Origin: a virus
Taxonomy: Duplodnaviria; Caudoviricetes
Reading direction: 5' to 3' (one strand)
Length of the DNA stretch: 64,000 nt
Virus record (IMG/VR): IMGVR_UViG_3300023060_000001
Coordinates: 65,543 to 129,542 of that record
Both the position numbers and the translations under genes were made by a program. This document shows positions 62,396 through 64,000 of this stretch, piece after piece. The first letter of the stretch is position 1. Each line of letters starts with the position of its first letter. The notes under the pieces were generated by a model. The model worked only from the letters and a program-made list of their open reading frames with translations, had not been told where the DNA came from and did no database searches.

Positions 62396-62644
62396 CTATT
62401 TTATAAATTTAACAGGGCGAAGGTAAAAACTGGTTTCTTCATACCAAACTCCATCCCAATATTGAATTATTAACTCCACATCACTAGAATCAGGAATTAC
62501 TACTAAGCGAAAACCAGTGATACATTCATCGAATAGCATCCCATAACTGGAAAGGAAATCTTCATCAAGCAGCAAATTAGAAACAGAATCTAAACTTCCC
62601 ATGATAAAGTCAGTGTAGTCAGACCCGTTGTGTAATACGTACAT
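62396..62644 (-). CDS. Small acidic hypothetical protein
   Basis: RBS AAGGA; promoter upstream. Confidence 0.65.
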   Translation of the reverse strand: MYVLHNGSDYTDFIMGSLDSVSNLLLDEDFLSSYGMLFDECITGFRLVVIPDSSDVELIIQYWDGVWYEETSFYLRPVKFIK

Positions 62645-62663
62645 AATAAATTCCTTTAGGTAA

Positions 62664-62709
62664 ATAAAAAGCCTGCAAGAATAATAATCCATGCAGGCTT
62701 TGGTGTCAA
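62664..62709 (-). promoter_or_regulatory. Sigma70 promoter overlapped by a terminator hairpin
   Basis: TTGACA-17-TATTAT with -10 in the loop of AAAGCCTGCA/TGCAGGCTTT. Confidence 0.75.
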
Positions 62710-62725
62710 CACTTTATTTTAAATA

Positions 62726-63031
62726 TTATGCTGTTGCGATAATACGCCACTCAAGTTGAGAATCTGATAACAATTTGATAGGTTTCAATTTAACCTCGCG
62801 ACCTGTATTCTCAAGAATATCCTCTCGTACAACTTTAGCTCGTACTTCCTCATTGTGCTTCTTCAATGCAGTCATAACTTCACCTGTAGCAATGATATCC
62901 TCTTTAGCTTGCTGGTCAGTGAATGATGTACGTACACCTTTCTTCTGAAAAACAACACGTTGCGTGTCTTCAAGGTTAGCATTGTTATCCACCAAAGTGA
63001 TCGTAAGTTCGCGTAAAGTATTCGTAGTCAT
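62726..63031 (-). CDS. Hypothetical protein
   Basis: MTTNTLR... after AGGAG. Confidence 0.7.
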   Translation of the reverse strand: MTTNTLRELTITLVDNNANLEDTQRVVFQKKGVRTSFTDQQAKEDIIATGEVMTALKKHNEEVRAKVVREDILENTGREVKLKPIKLLSDSQLEWRIIATA

Positions 63032-63128
63032 AGTATTCTCCTGTTGTATGTAAGTTTTAAATTGTTGTAAATCTCTTGGGGTAATAGAGGTATCTACCCG
63101 TTGGCTCAATTTTGCCATTCATTTCTCC

Positions 63129-64000
63129 TTATAGTTCATAAATAATTTCATCTAGTGTATCAATATGTTCTTGCATTGTAAACCCTTCATATACAATTTC
63201 TTCATGGTCGTGGTCATTAACCAATTGTTGGAAAGCTTGTGCAATACGTTCAACCCTTGTACGAGTTGATTCTACTTCAATAATTTCCATTGAAGAAATC
63301 ATATCCTTGTAGGCAACACTCTCCTTAATAGCCTTAACTTGATTGCTGTTATCCAAGTATTTAACCTTGTTACCACATTTAGTTAATTCTTCATATTCAG
63401 TGAAATCACTTGTTACAATGTGATTATCATATTTCTCAATAAACTCTTCACCGAATTCTTCTGATACTGAGATAGGTTCATAATCAGTAACCCAACCGTC
63501 CATGACAAGACTACAATCTTCCTTCTTGGATTTAATAGCCTCCATAAGTAAATCTTTATCAGGACAAACTTTCCATGTCTTCGCAGTTATCCGCTTAAGT
63601 TCCCAATTATCCACAGCCCTACGTTCCGTGTTTAAAGGAAGGTGTTCTGGTTTGAAATTGTAACTGTAAGCAAAACCCGTTGTTTGGCAAACGAAAATAC
63701 CACCGACAAAGACTTCCCCTGTTGAAGGTTGATCTTCAGGATTAGATAACACATCCCCGTATTTGGTAGAAAACAAAACCTCCCTGTCGTCTTGCAACTC
63801 CAAACAACGTTCCTTAAGTTCGAACAAATCTTCTTCGCTAAGGTTGTCTACCGATACCTCGTAGTTTGTGTTACCGTGTGGTAAAGGTTCTTCTTTGAAC
63901 ACTAAAACTTCATGATCAAAATCCTCACAGTGTTGGTATTCAGGTGTCCACATCACATCATTATTATAAATTACAACGTCAATACCTCGGTAGGTTAATA
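63129..64000 (-). CDS. Hypothetical protein, 5'-truncated by window; possibly GHKL-type ATPase family
   Basis: Frame open to window edge (LTYRGIDVVIYNNDVMWTP...GEVFVGGIFV); family assignment is weak inference. Confidence 0.55.
   Translation of the reverse strand, partial: LTYRGIDVVIYNNDVMWTPEYQHCEDFDHEVLVFKEEPLPHGNTNYEVSVDNLSEEDLFELKERCLELQDDREVLFSTKYGDVLSNPEDQPSTGEVFVGGIFVCQTTGFAYSYNFKPEHLPLNTERRAVDNWELKRITAKTWKVCPDKDLLMEAIKSKKEDCSLVMDGWVTDYEPISVSEEFGEEFIEKYDNHIVTSDFTEYEELTKCGNKVKYLDNSNQVKAIKESVAYKDMISSMEIIEVESTRTRVERIAQAFQQLVNDHDHEEIVYEGFTMQEHIDTLDEIIYEL

Noticed and set aside
1-64000. Prophage or bacterial chromosome
   Set aside because: No integrase, repressor or host housekeeping genes; dense lytic-phage gene content throughout.

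Overview
AT-rich segment (roughly one-third GC by eye) of a large lytic tailed dsDNA phage, most likely infecting a Gammaproteobacterium (inferred from sigma70 promoters, RdgC, DnaA-box and matS-like motifs, and an acidic proteome). No integrase, tRNA, rRNA or CRISPR array was seen. Layout: (i) 1-1111, 3' end of a probable tail/structural gene. (ii) 1.3-45.2 kb, rightward early/middle genes: DNA ligase, nucleotidyltransferase, phosphoesterase, RdgC, exonuclease, MazG-like protein, HNH, ThyX, NrdA split by a 222-nt ORF-less group I intron in the catalytic Cys codon, an NrdB-glutaredoxin fusion, GH108 endolysin, PhoH, ClpP-like protease, two DNA methyltransferases, a Pif1-like helicase, a SLOG protein and an HTH/helicase/endonuclease module. 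(iii) About 45.25-52.05 kb, a compositionally distinct island resembling a T5-style terminal repeat/pre-early region. It has 1.5 kb of palindrome-rich non-coding DNA with matS-like sites, about 8 strong leftward promoters (three with the same palindrome exactly at +1), DenV, strong GATC enrichment and a DnaA-box cluster. (iv) 52.1-64 kb, leftward early genes: a second nucleotidyltransferase, macrodomain, HNH, a minimal family-A/T7-like polymerase preceded by a GGA-triloop hairpin, Pnk and RNA ligase 1. The best candidates for undescribed biology are the apparent mimicry of host chromosome signals (DnaA boxes, GATC, matS) in the island and the minimal polymerase with its hairpin. All calls come from reading motifs by eye; no searches were run.
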